The notes beneath the pieces were generated by a model that saw only the letters and a list, made by a program, of their open reading frames with translations, ran no database searches and was not told where the DNA came from. From IMG/VR virus record IMGVR_UViG_3300014204_000179, positions 5,325-69,324 of that record: a DNA stretch of 64,000 nucleotides; one strand, given 5' to 3'. The first letter of the stretch is position 1. Each line of letters begins with the position of its first letter. Positions 6,744 to 16,060 of this stretch are shown here, one piece after another. Source of the DNA: a virus. Its lineage: Duplodnaviria; Caudoviricetes. Position numbers and translations under genes: made by a program.

Positions 6744-6796
6744 TAAGATGATTTTTTAAAATTCCTTTCAATACTGTGGGGAAAGTGTGGGTAATT
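6744..6796. repeat. Left arm of perfect 53-bp inverted repeat
   Basis: TAAGATGATTTTTTAAAATTCCTTTCAATACTGTGGGGAAAGTGTGGGTAATT is the exact reverse complement of 7098-7150. Confidence 0.95.
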
Positions 6797-7097
6797 ATTT
6801 TTAACCTTCAAAAATTTCAATCTTCTGAAAGTATTGATAAACCTCAAAAGTTGAAAAATCAATTCCTCTGAAAGTCAATACAGGTAACGTTTTAACACTT
6901 ATCATATTGAATATCAATAATTAGACCTTCATTTTTTTTTGTTTAAGCTAAAGTAAAATATAATATATTTTTTTATTATATAAAATTAATGATAGGGTAT
7001 TATTATTTTATTATTTATGCTAAGAGAAAAAAATTTTGATAGTCTAATTATTGATAATTAATGGATTAACTATAAAAACGTATTTCAGTAATTTGAA

Positions 7098-7150
7098 AAT
7101 TACCCACACTTTCCCCACAGTATTGAAAGGAATTTTAAAAAATCATCTTA
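7098..7150. repeat. Right arm of perfect 53-bp inverted repeat
   Basis: AATTACCCACACTTTCCCCACAGTATTGAAAGGAATTTTAAAAAATCATCTTA; 301-bp spacer to the left arm. Confidence 0.95.
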
Positions 7151-7167
7151 CTATTTTTTAAAAGTCT

Positions 7168-7455
7168 TTGAACTTAAATAAAACGACATTATATTTGTTA
7201 TTAATAATACAAACATTCATGAAAAAGAAAATATTGAGAAAATCTCGTGCTGTTAATATTCTTTTTACTGAAGAAGAATTTAAAATGATTGATGCAATTT
7301 CTAATATTTATGGTAACTCTTATTCTAAAATATTAAGAACATTAATAATTCCGAATTTACAAAAAGAATTTCAAAAATTATCTGATTTAGATTTATATAA
7401 TAAATATGAAGTTTGTAAGGCAATTAGTAAAGGTAATACTAATTTTTTAATATAA
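7168..7455 (+). CDS. Small ribbon-helix-helix-like DNA-binding protein (likely start ATG 7219)
   Basis: RKSRAVNILFTEEEFKMIDAISNIYGNSYSKILRTL fits the RHH/MobC/CopG pattern. Confidence 0.55.
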   Translation: MNLNKTTLYLLLIIQTFMKKKILRKSRAVNILFTEEEFKMIDAISNIYGNSYSKILRTLIIPNLQKEFQKLSDLDLYNKYEVCKAISKGNTNFLI

Positions 7456-7458
7456 AAT

Positions 7459-8835
7459 ATGAAAGATAATAATTTTCCAGTAAATGCATTTACTCCACAC
7501 ATTTCCGACTATATTCAATTACTTAGTAGAAATAATAAAATACATGAAAATGTTGTTGCAAGTTCAGTATTAAATGCTTGTGGTTTTGTTTTAAGTAATT
7601 TTTATGAAATTGAAATAAGTGGTGGATGGAAAGAAAGAAGTAATATATGGACAATTATTTCATTAAATTCAGGAATGGGTAAAAGTGTAATAATGCGAAC
7701 TGTTTATCAACCTATTATTGATTATCAAACAACGTTAATTAATGAAATAAAAAAAAGTAATAAATTAGTTTTTGAATGGAACTCATTAATTAAAGAAAAT
7801 AAAATTAAAATGGTTGGTAATTATTTAGATGATAATCCAATATTACGAAATTGGTTAAATAATCATAGTTTAAATAATACCCCACCGGAATTAAAAAAAC
7901 AAATAAATTTATTTAGTGATGATTTTACTTTTGAAAAATTATTAACAATGCTTGCTGATAATGATGGTCATTCATTTTTAATTCGTGCTGATGAAATTGG
8001 TGGTTTATTTAAAATGTTTAATCGTTATCGTCAAGGTAATGATGAAGAAACATTATTAAAATTATGGGGTTATGATGCTATTAAACGTGATAGAATAAGT
8101 AACGAAAGTGATTCATATATTACATTACCAATAGTTTCATTATTTGGTGCAACACAAAAACAAATGCTTTTTGATATGTACACTGATGATAGAATTTCAA
8201 ATGGTAATATATTTAGATTTTTATTTACTTTAGATGAAGATTTAAAAACTAAAAATGTCTTTGAACAAAAAGATATTTACAGTAATAAATTAATACCTTT
8301 TTTTGAACATTATTTATCAAAATTTAATGGTATTAAAGAAACTGAAACATTATTAATGGAAGAAGGTTGTAGAGAAACATTAGAAGAATGGCGAGAAAAT
8401 TGTAAAATAAAATATGTTGATATTAATAAAGTAAATATTGATAAATTTAATTCTATTATGGGTAAAATGGATTCATATATTTTCAGAATAGCTATTGTAT
8501 TAAATCGACTTGATTCATATTATAATAAACCTAATCAATTTATTAGAAATGAAGATATATTAAATTCTGCAAATATTATTGATTTTTATTTTAATGAAAT
8601 TATTAATGTATTAAATTTAACTTCAATTAAATATAGAAAATATTTAACAGATGAAAATGAAATAAATTTTTATGAAATGGAATTACAACCTCAACAACCA
8701 TATTTTGAGGTAATAAAATTAATGGAAAAAAAATTAAATATGACTACCATAAAAGCAAATAATTTATTATTAAAATGGTGTGAAATTGGTTTATTAAAAC
8801 GTAACGCTAAAGGTATACTTTATAAAAAAGTTTAA
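7459..8835 (+). CDS. DUF3987/YfjI-family P-loop protein (helicase-like)
   Basis: NIWTIISLNSGMGKS, DDFTFEKL, RADEIGGLF, LLKLW, VSLFGATQ and NGNIFRFLF match the DUF3987 pattern. Confidence 0.75.
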   Translation: MKDNNFPVNAFTPHISDYIQLLSRNNKIHENVVASSVLNACGFVLSNFYEIEISGGWKERSNIWTIISLNSGMGKSVIMRTVYQPIIDYQTTLINEIKKSNKLVFEWNSLIKENKIKMVGNYLDDNPILRNWLNNHSLNNTPPELKKQINLFSDDFTFEKLLTMLADNDGHSFLIRADEIGGLFKMFNRYRQGNDEETLLKLWGYDAIKRDRISNESDSYITLPIVSLFGATQKQMLFDMYTDDRISNGNIFRFLFTLDEDLKTKNVFEQKDIYSNKLIPFFEHYLSKFNGIKETETLLMEEGCRETLEEWRENCKIKYVDINKVNIDKFNSIMGKMDSYIFRIAIVLNRLDSYYNKPNQFIRNEDILNSANIIDFYFNEIINVLNLTSIKYRKYLTDENEINFYEMELQPQQPYFEVIKLMEKKLNMTTIKANNLLLKWCEIGLLKRNAKGILYKKV

Positions 8836-8836
8836 T

Positions 8837-9871
8837 GTGGGAAAATTTTTATATGAATTAGATTCAAAAGAAAAATTTGATTGTCCTTCTTGTGAACAAA
8901 ATAGTTGTTTTGTAAAATATAGAAACACAAGTACCGGAAGATACCTTGAAGGTGATTATGGTAGATGTGATAGGGAAAATCATTGTGGTTATCATAAAAG
9001 ACCAGAAAATAATAAAATCATAAATAATAAATTAGATATTGAAGAAGAATATTTAAGTATTCATGATTGTGATTTTATTCCTGATGGTTTTTATGAAACA
9101 ATGAGAAAAAATACATATAAGGCAGAAAATGTCTTATTAAGACAACTTGTTAAAATGTTTGGAAAAAAAAGAGTACTTGAAATATTTAATAAATATAAAC
9201 TTGGTACTTGGCATGATGGTGCAACTACTTTTCCTTATATTAGTTATGGTTTACATACTGCTAAAATTATTTGGTATGGAAATGATTTACATAGAATAAA
9301 AGAAGGACGAGGTAGTTATCCACAATGGTTACATAATTGTAGATATAAAGATAAAAACGATCAAGTACATACAATAGAATTTGAAGGTAGAAGACCAATA
9401 CCGTTTTTTGGTCATCATCTTCTTATGGAAGATTTTGATAAAGAAAATACTTTTATTTGTATTGTTGAAGCCGAAAAAACTGCTATTATAATGTCTATAT
9501 TATATCCACAATATATTTGGATTGCAACTGGTGGTTTGAGAAATTTAACTAAACGTAAATTTACATTTTTTCAACGTACTAAAATTCTTGTATTTGCTGA
9601 CATGGGAATTATAAAAGTCGAAAATATTAGTGTGAGAGATTTATGGTATCAAAAAATAACTGAAGCTGCACTTATAGTTGACATACGGTATGCTTTTGTA
9701 AATTATATTCCTTATTTTATGCCAACAATAATGAAAGAAAATTGGGAAGATCAAGGTAAAGATGTTCTTGATTTTATGTTTGATTTTAAACCTGATTGGA
9801 TGAATGATGGATATAATAATTATATGGAATATCTTAATGTAATGATAGAAGAAGCAAAAAAGAGAATATAA
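8837..9871 (+). CDS. DUF6371-like primase-type protein (Zn-binding N-terminus, Toprim-like domain)
   Basis: CPSC...YGRCDRENHCGYH N-terminus; IVEAEKTA...WIATGG...VFADMG...GKDVLD. Confidence 0.7.
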   Translation: MGKFLYELDSKEKFDCPSCEQNSCFVKYRNTSTGRYLEGDYGRCDRENHCGYHKRPENNKIINNKLDIEEEYLSIHDCDFIPDGFYETMRKNTYKAENVLLRQLVKMFGKKRVLEIFNKYKLGTWHDGATTFPYISYGLHTAKIIWYGNDLHRIKEGRGSYPQWLHNCRYKDKNDQVHTIEFEGRRPIPFFGHHLLMEDFDKENTFICIVEAEKTAIIMSILYPQYIWIATGGLRNLTKRKFTFFQRTKILVFADMGIIKVENISVRDLWYQKITEAALIVDIRYAFVNYIPYFMPTIMKENWEDQGKDVLDFMFDFKPDWMNDGYNNYMEYLNVMIEEAKKRI

Positions 9872-9897
9872 AAATGGGAGTTAACTCCCATTTTTTA
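9870..9897. terminator. Bidirectional intrinsic terminator between convergent genes
   Basis: AAAAATGGGAG-TTAA-CTCCCATTTTT. Confidence 0.85.
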
Positions 9898-10530
9898 TTT
9901 ATTTTTTTTTAATAATTCTTCTCTTCTTGCAGGAGAGAATTCTCTAATTTGGTTAATAGTATAACCTTTATTATTAATCAAATCATAATCATCCCACATA
10001 TTTTTCACATCAACAGTTTTTATTTTATTAAAAATAAGGTCAGCAATATCAGTAACCGCATTTATTAAATCTGTTGACCATCTTGCAACCGGATTAAAAC
10101 CATCAACATAAAATAATCTTTCAACTATTGGATTATCATTAATATAAAAACCAATTTTACACTCAACACCTTTAATAATTTTATCTTCAATTTGTTGGAT
10201 AATAGGTTGTGAATTATATTGTAAACCATTCCACAATTCCTTTGGATTTGAATGAAGAACTTCCTGATGGTATTGATAAAGATTTATAATACTATTTACA
10301 GAAACTGACATTGAAGTATCTTTTCTACCTGTTTCAACAATTACTTCATAACTTTTTTTTGAAAGTGTTTTTTGAAGTTTTGTTATTGCTTTGGGTAATA
10401 TGTCTCTAATATCAATCGAATATCTTGTATATGGATTGAATTGATCAGCATCAAATACTTTTTCACCTAACAAAATATTTTCTTGATAAAGTGAAAATTT
10501 AAATGCGTTTGAATATTCCTTTTCATTCAT
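9895..10530 (-). CDS. Hypothetical protein
   Basis: 211-aa ORF in the replication/recombination block; no motif recognised. Confidence 0.7.
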   Translation of the reverse strand: MNEKEYSNAFKFSLYQENILLGEKVFDADQFNPYTRYSIDIRDILPKAITKLQKTLSKKSYEVIVETGRKDTSMSVSVNSIINLYQYHQEVLHSNPKELWNGLQYNSQPIIQQIEDKIIKGVECKIGFYINDNPIVERLFYVDGFNPVARWSTDLINAVTDIADLIFNKIKTVDVKNMWDDYDLINNKGYTINQIREFSPARREELLKKNK

Positions 10531-10603
10531 AATATTTGGAAATTTAAATATTAATATTGTTCAATACAAATATACTTACAAGCACACAAAAATGAAAGGT
10601 TTT

Positions 10604-11656
10604 TTATAAATTACCTTTATTATTTTTTTTATATTCTTCAAATAAATTTTTTTCATTCATTATTACAGTATAAAAGGGTTCACAATAATTTGGAAAGGTA
10701 CTTTTATATATAGTTAAAAATTCATCTTCCATCATCATTTTATATAAATTTTTACTACCTCTATTGTTCGGTGATAACGGTATTTCTAATTGTAATAATT
10801 CTTCTCTGGCTTGATCATTTAAAATGGGTTTTTTTAAATTAATTAATTGATAATTTGTTTTTAAAATTTCTTTACCATTTATTAAATTTTCAAAAATTTT
10901 TAATGGTTTTTGTTTGTTTAGAATTCTTTCTTTATTAATTTCTTTTGCTTTATGATAAATCTCATTAACTGTAAATTGTTTAAATTGCATTTCAGGAAAA
11001 TGTTCTAATAATATTTTTTCTTTAATACCAGCAATTCCTTTAATATTATCAGAAACATCACCGCCAATTATTTTCATTATCAATGCATTTCCATAATGAT
11101 AATTAAATTGAAAAAAATAATTGTTTTTTGTTATTGGTTGTTCAATATTTGAAAAAATTATTGTAATATTTAAATCCAATAATTGTGCAAAATCTCTATC
11201 GTTGGAATATATAAAAATCTCTTCTTTATTATTATATTGTATACAATATGCTGCAATTAAATCATCACCTTCAATTTCATCAACTTCAATTTGTCTTAAA
11301 AATAATTCCTCTGCATATGCCTGTATTCTTTTTCTTTGTTTTAAAATGGATTCTTCTTTCATTTTTTCTTTCCGAATTTCCGCTTCGGTCATTTCAATTT
11401 TTTTATGCCACTCTTTTGATTTACGATTAGCTTTATATGCATTATCAATTCTATATCGATAGATACCACTATTCTGACCATCCCAAACCAACACAACTTT
11501 ATTGATCATATGATTCTTAATCATTTTACGAATAGTCGTTAAAAACGAATATAATGCACCACAATAACCAAAAGAATTAGTATAAATATCTTTTGCTCCA
11601 TGATATGATCTTTCTAATAAATAACTTGAATCAACTAATAACGTTCTTATTTTCAT
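10604..11656 (-). CDS. rnh: 5'-3' exonuclease / T4 RNase H-like flap nuclease
   Basis: LLVDSSYL, VWDG, YKANR, EGDDLIA, SNDRDFAQL, GGDVSDNIKGI.GI.EK (H3TH). Confidence 0.9.
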   Translation of the reverse strand: MKIRTLLVDSSYLLERSYHGAKDIYTNSFGYCGALYSFLTTIRKMIKNHMINKVVLVWDGQNSGIYRYRIDNAYKANRKSKEWHKKIEMTEAEIRKEKMKEESILKQRKRIQAYAEELFLRQIEVDEIEGDDLIAAYCIQYNNKEEIFIYSNDRDFAQLLDLNITIIFSNIEQPITKNNYFFQFNYHYGNALIMKIIGGDVSDNIKGIAGIKEKILLEHFPEMQFKQFTVNEIYHKAKEINKERILNKQKPLKIFENLINGKEILKTNYQLINLKKPILNDQAREELLQLEIPLSPNNRGSKNLYKMMMEDEFLTIYKSTFPNYCEPFYTVIMNEKNLFEEYKKNNKGNL

Positions 11657-11687
11657 TTTATTCTATGTTGAAGTAAACATCATTTAA

Positions 11688-11938
11688 TCATTTATTTCTT
11701 TCTTCAAAATTATATGTTAATCCAACATATACCGAATTATCTGTAAATTCATAAGCGTAGACACATTTATTATACCAATTCTTAACATGTGTGAACATAT
11801 TTCATCTAACCATTTATTTTTTCTTGCTATTTGATATCCTCGATTACAATTTTTACTAAATGAAGATATTGTTTGATATTTAAATGTTTCATATTTACAA
11901 TTTTCTTTATCTGACCAATATCGATATGGTTTTCTCAT
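11688..11938 (-). pseudogene. Frameshifted and truncated GIY-YIG homing endonuclease remnant
   Basis: ORF 11717..11938 encodes W..E.C...KY...GY..A.KNKWLDEICSHM. An alternative frame continues NKCVYAYEFTDNSVYVGLTYNFEERNK then TGA. Confidence 0.75.
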
Positions 11939-11994
11939 AACTAAATATTAAAATAAATAGAGGTGATTGAAATATATCACCTCTATAATTTTCA

Positions 11995-13155
11995 TTATTC
12001 ACTTTCAATTGTAAGAATATCAACAACTCCATTTATTACATTTCCATCATTATTCATTTCTTTTTCCTCCATTGAAATATCTTCGGGAGTTAATGTATCA
12101 TCTTCGAAAATATTACGAAAATGTAAAATATGTTTCTTTTTATATATATTAATACTTGCATCATCACCAAAAACAAAACCATGTGGTGTTGAAGCAATTT
12201 TTCCTTCTAATGAAATACCACCCTTTTCACCATCAATATGATTTTTGGCAATATTAACTTTATTACTAAATCCAAAATTAACATCACGACCTTTACTTGT
12301 AAAGGTTACTCTTGCTGTTCCGTGAGTAAGAATACCACCAAAATGATAAATAAGTCTTGCTCCAAAAAAATAAGTTTCACCACCTTTATGTTTAATAACT
12401 TTATTCATACTATCGTACCATATTTTTTGAACTGCACTAATAGTATTAGTGTATGGACTATCAATTCTTCTACTATTTGGAATCGTATTATTTAATATTG
12501 ACATAAATGATTTTTCATAAGCACCTGCATTCCACATGTTGTTATCACTGTCATTCTTTTCAAGAGCATTGATTGTTTTAATACAATTTAATGTACCAAT
12601 TGAATCAATCGCAAAATGTAAATCAAATGGTAGGTTACCAGCATCTTGTTGATCAAGAAAATAATATACAGCTTTAGCCATATCCTCAATACTTGCTTCT
12701 TTTCTTTCTTTATCTTGTTTTTTACCAAAATTATCAAGAAGAAATTTATTTTTAACCAGAATATAATCACCATTCCAATCAAAACCCATTAATGTTAGTC
12801 TTTCATTACCTTCATCAATATTATTCTCGGTATCAATAATAATCGGTAAAATTCCCATTTTTTGTGAATTAACTATTCCACGCATAAGTGCAGTTGATTT
12901 ACCAGTATTTGAATATCCACGAAAAAGTGTTACATATCCTTTAGGTATTCCGGGCATACCTGTTGCTTCTTCTAAAGCATCGTCAATTGGAATCCATATG
13001 AGTGGTTTTGATGGTATTTTTTCTGCACCTACCTTTTTTTTAAAATTATCAAGACTGAAATTTTTCTTTGGTGTTGGTTTTCTTACTGCAGGACTTGAAG
13101 GTGTATTATCAATAACTGCTTCAGTTTTTTCAATATTTTTATTATCTTTTGCCAT
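11995..13155 (-). CDS. uvsX: RecA/UvsX-like recombinase
   Basis: Walker A GYSNTGKST, IIIDTEN, FAIDSIG, HKGGETYFF.ARL. Confidence 0.9.
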   Translation of the reverse strand: MAKDNKNIEKTEAVIDNTPSSPAVRKPTPKKNFSLDNFKKKVGAEKIPSKPLIWIPIDDALEEATGMPGIPKGYVTLFRGYSNTGKSTALMRGIVNSQKMGILPIIIDTENNIDEGNERLTLMGFDWNGDYILVKNKFLLDNFGKKQDKERKEASIEDMAKAVYYFLDQQDAGNLPFDLHFAIDSIGTLNCIKTINALEKNDSDNNMWNAGAYEKSFMSILNNTIPNSRRIDSPYTNTISAVQKIWYDSMNKVIKHKGGETYFFGARLIYHFGGILTHGTARVTFTSKGRDVNFGFSNKVNIAKNHIDGEKGGISLEGKIASTPHGFVFGDDASINIYKKKHILHFRNIFEDDTLTPEDISMEEKEMNNDGNVINGVVDILTIESE

Positions 13156-13173
13156 AATATGATAAAGTTTAAG

Positions 13174-13202
13174 AAAAAAAAAGGGAAATAAATTCCCTTT
13201 TT
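13174..13202 (-). terminator. Intrinsic terminator after SSB gene
   Basis: AAGGGAA-ATAAA-TTCCCTT with a 9-nt A tract (U tract on the minus strand). Confidence 0.6.
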
Positions 13203-13220
13203 AATATATTTTATTAATTA

Positions 13221-14432
13221 TTAGAACGGAAGATCGTCTACTTCAGTATCATCTTCAATAGGATTTGAAGATACAACAGGAGTATCCTGTGTACTTGTAG
13301 GAGTAGATTCAGTCACATTTGTTACTTGTGATTGAATGTTTTGAGCAACAAAATTATTTGTTACTTGTGGAGTTTCATCATCTTCTAAATCTGAAGCATA
13401 TTCGAAATTTTCATCTGTATCTGCATCAAGATCACGATTACGAGTGTTTGCTGCTAATTCTAAATCAGGATGACCCGGAAATACCCAATGTTTTTTACTT
13501 GCATCAGTATCTTCCCAATAAGGACTATTACCTTCAACTATTAATTCAAGAAATTGATGAGAAGAAATTCCGGGAGCATTTTTTGGTTTAAAAACATTTC
13601 TCCAAGTAGTATTATCATTAATCCAATCATTTGCAATAACCTGATCAGCATGTAGTACTGATTTTCCTTTGGCAATAATAGCAGTAATAGCTTTATAAAC
13701 TCTATTATTAAAGCCTTTAGTATCAACCATTGTGATTTCAAGATCAGTACCGTTTATTGGGTCAGCAAAACTTACTTTATTTTGAGAAACAAAATTACTA
13801 AGAACAGGATATAATTGATCAAGAGTTCCTTGATTTTTAAAATTATGTTTAAATCTCCAAAATTTTACACCATCTTTTTCAGCACCTTTATCAATACCTT
13901 TAACGATGTAGAATTTTTTTGCTTCCCATTTATTTGCATCAATGAAAATTAATTTATTTTTTTCATTAATAATTTTTTGATTCTCATCCATATTTTCCTT
14001 CTTAATATATTTTATTGAAGAGTCTTGTGTTGCAAGAATTTTTTTATATTTATCACACAAAGGACAATGAGCAGGAATCATTACTTGTTTACCGTTTGCA
14101 TCAAAAACCGGATTACCAGTTTCATCCAATTTTGGAACTTTTGGATCATTGTGTGCAGGACAATAAATAATTGAATTGTGTTTTTTTAAACCACCAGCAA
14201 TGTTAGTAGTTACTACATGAAAGAATGCATCTGCATGAAATTTTTCAGTTTTGTAAGGTAAAATTCTAAATATTTCTTTAGAATTGCGAGGAACGAAATA
14301 TTTTGCTAATATTTCTGACTTAGATTGACGTTGACCTTTGTTTTGATTGTTTTGATAATCTTTAAACGCTTTGTTAAAGTTTAACAAATCACCACCTTGG
14401 GGATTTGTTTGTGTTACATTTTGATTTTCCAT
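13221..14432 (-). CDS. Single-stranded DNA-binding protein (T4 gp32-like)
   Basis: FRILP...FH, YCPAHND...CPLC, GVKFWRF...NGTDLEI, acidic tail ending DDLPF; adjacent to UvsX. Confidence 0.8.
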   Translation of the reverse strand: MENQNVTQTNPQGGDLLNFNKAFKDYQNNQNKGQRQSKSEILAKYFVPRNSKEIFRILPYKTEKFHADAFFHVVTTNIAGGLKKHNSIIYCPAHNDPKVPKLDETGNPVFDANGKQVMIPAHCPLCDKYKKILATQDSSIKYIKKENMDENQKIINEKNKLIFIDANKWEAKKFYIVKGIDKGAEKDGVKFWRFKHNFKNQGTLDQLYPVLSNFVSQNKVSFADPINGTDLEITMVDTKGFNNRVYKAITAIIAKGKSVLHADQVIANDWINDNTTWRNVFKPKNAPGISSHQFLELIVEGNSPYWEDTDASKKHWVFPGHPDLELAANTRNRDLDADTDENFEYASDLEDDETPQVTNNFVAQNIQSQVTNVTESTPTSTQDTPVVSSNPIEDDTEVDDLPF

Positions 14433-14552
14433 TGTTATTAAATTTACAGTTAAAATTATTTTTCAATATATAAATTTGCAATAATAAAATTACAATACAT
14501 TTCATATAAATACAAGACTTTTTAAAAATAAACATACTGTTTTAAAATATTT

Positions 14553-16019
14553 TTAAACATTTATAATATTTTCAGAAACAACCGTAAATGATAATGTTTG
14601 TTTATTTTCATAATAATCTCCATTTTTCAATCTTATTTGTAGATAATAGTCTTGTGGGATTAACCACGAAGTATCAAGATTAAATTCATATCCACTATTT
14701 GTACGATTTACTAATGTAAATGGAATAACATCAACTTCATATTTTTTACCTATTGTAGTAAATAATCGATATTCAATATTTAATGGTAAAAAATTATTTT
14801 GATTGGCATATAATTCTTTTATTGTTAATTTTATTTTTCTTATATTACCCGATCTAATATTTTCTTTTTCACTAATACCCCAAAAATAAAAGAAATAATT
14901 ATCTAAATTAATTTGACTTGAATTATCAAACGTATAATAATTATCTTGTGATATTAAATAAAATTCACCTGCATATTCAATATTTCTTCCATTAATTGTA
15001 ACTTTCCACACATCTTTAAATAAAACTGCATCAGGATAATCATCGGAACTAATATTTAATGTGATTTTATATATTCCTTTACCTACATTAATTATTGAAT
15101 CACCACTTAATATATCAAGTAATTTATCTTCATAGTCAAATATATCTACATTGTTTACTGTTATGTCTTGTGCAATCCCGCCAACATTAACATATAAATA
15201 AAGATCATTATTTTTATTTAAATAAAAATAATTTCTATCATCACTTATAATATCGTCAATAATTGTTTCAATATATGGTTCATACCATGTATTTGTATAT
15301 TTTGTGTGAAATGCAACTGCTTGTCTAAATTCAGTTTCAAGCTCTTCATATATTTCTGCAAACTTAATTCCTAAACCAAAAGAATTTCCAGTATAAACAG
15401 TTGTACCAGTATATTCTTCACTAAATAATCGTTGATTTATATAATTAGTAATATCAATATCAATATTTTCATTACCTTTTTCAAAAATTTGTGAATCTAT
15501 AATTTGTGTGATACCACTTTGATATGAACCACCACTATTATTCCAAGGAATGTTTGTTTTTCGATAATACCAATTAGAAGCTTGTTCATCATAATTTTGT
15601 AAAGGTGAACCATCACCATAAAAAAAGTCATAACCACCACCTTCGTCCCAATCTTCATTAATATTATATAAATCCAATTGAAAACTTGTTGCTCTATCAA
15701 TACTTAAAGAATATGATTTTTTACCTATATATTCTGATGAATAACTAATTGTATTAGTTAAGTGTAATACATGTTTAACAATTCTATTAGGATTAATAAA
15801 ACCCATTGAAATTCTATTTTGTAATTCACTTAGGTCAATATCAAATATAAATCTACTCGGTTGTTTATTGAAAGTACCATATGATACCTCAGTAACCGGA
15901 TTCTGAGAATTGTTATATAGATTATTATCTATTAACGTATTATTCTTGAGAAAATATGATCTAAATATTGACATATTAATTTTAATATAAATACCCCAAT
16001 AACAAAAAAGGACTTTCAA
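14553..16019 (-). CDS. Probable virion structural protein (likely start ATG 15974)
   Basis: Long beta-rich ORF; GTATTTAT motif at 15987-15994 sits just upstream of the MSIFRSYF start. Confidence 0.6.
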   Translation of the reverse strand: MKVLFCYWGIYIKINMSIFRSYFLKNNTLIDNNLYNNSQNPVTEVSYGTFNKQPSRFIFDIDLSELQNRISMGFINPNRIVKHVLHLTNTISYSSEYIGKKSYSLSIDRATSFQLDLYNINEDWDEGGGYDFFYGDGSPLQNYDEQASNWYYRKTNIPWNNSGGSYQSGITQIIDSQIFEKGNENIDIDITNYINQRLFSEEYTGTTVYTGNSFGLGIKFAEIYEELETEFRQAVAFHTKYTNTWYEPYIETIIDDIISDDRNYFYLNKNNDLYLYVNVGGIAQDITVNNVDIFDYEDKLLDILSGDSIINVGKGIYKITLNISSDDYPDAVLFKDVWKVTINGRNIEYAGEFYLISQDNYYTFDNSSQINLDNYFFYFWGISEKENIRSGNIRKIKLTIKELYANQNNFLPLNIEYRLFTTIGKKYEVDVIPFTLVNRTNSGYEFNLDTSWLIPQDYYLQIRLKNGDYYENKQTLSFTVVSENIINV

Positions 16020-16034
16020 TCGATAGTCCTTTTT
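16004..16034. terminator. Intrinsic terminator
   Basis: AAAAAGGACT-ttcaatcgat-AGTCCTTTTT. Confidence 0.7.
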
Positions 16035-16060
16035 ATAATTAATATTTAAAAATTAAATTA

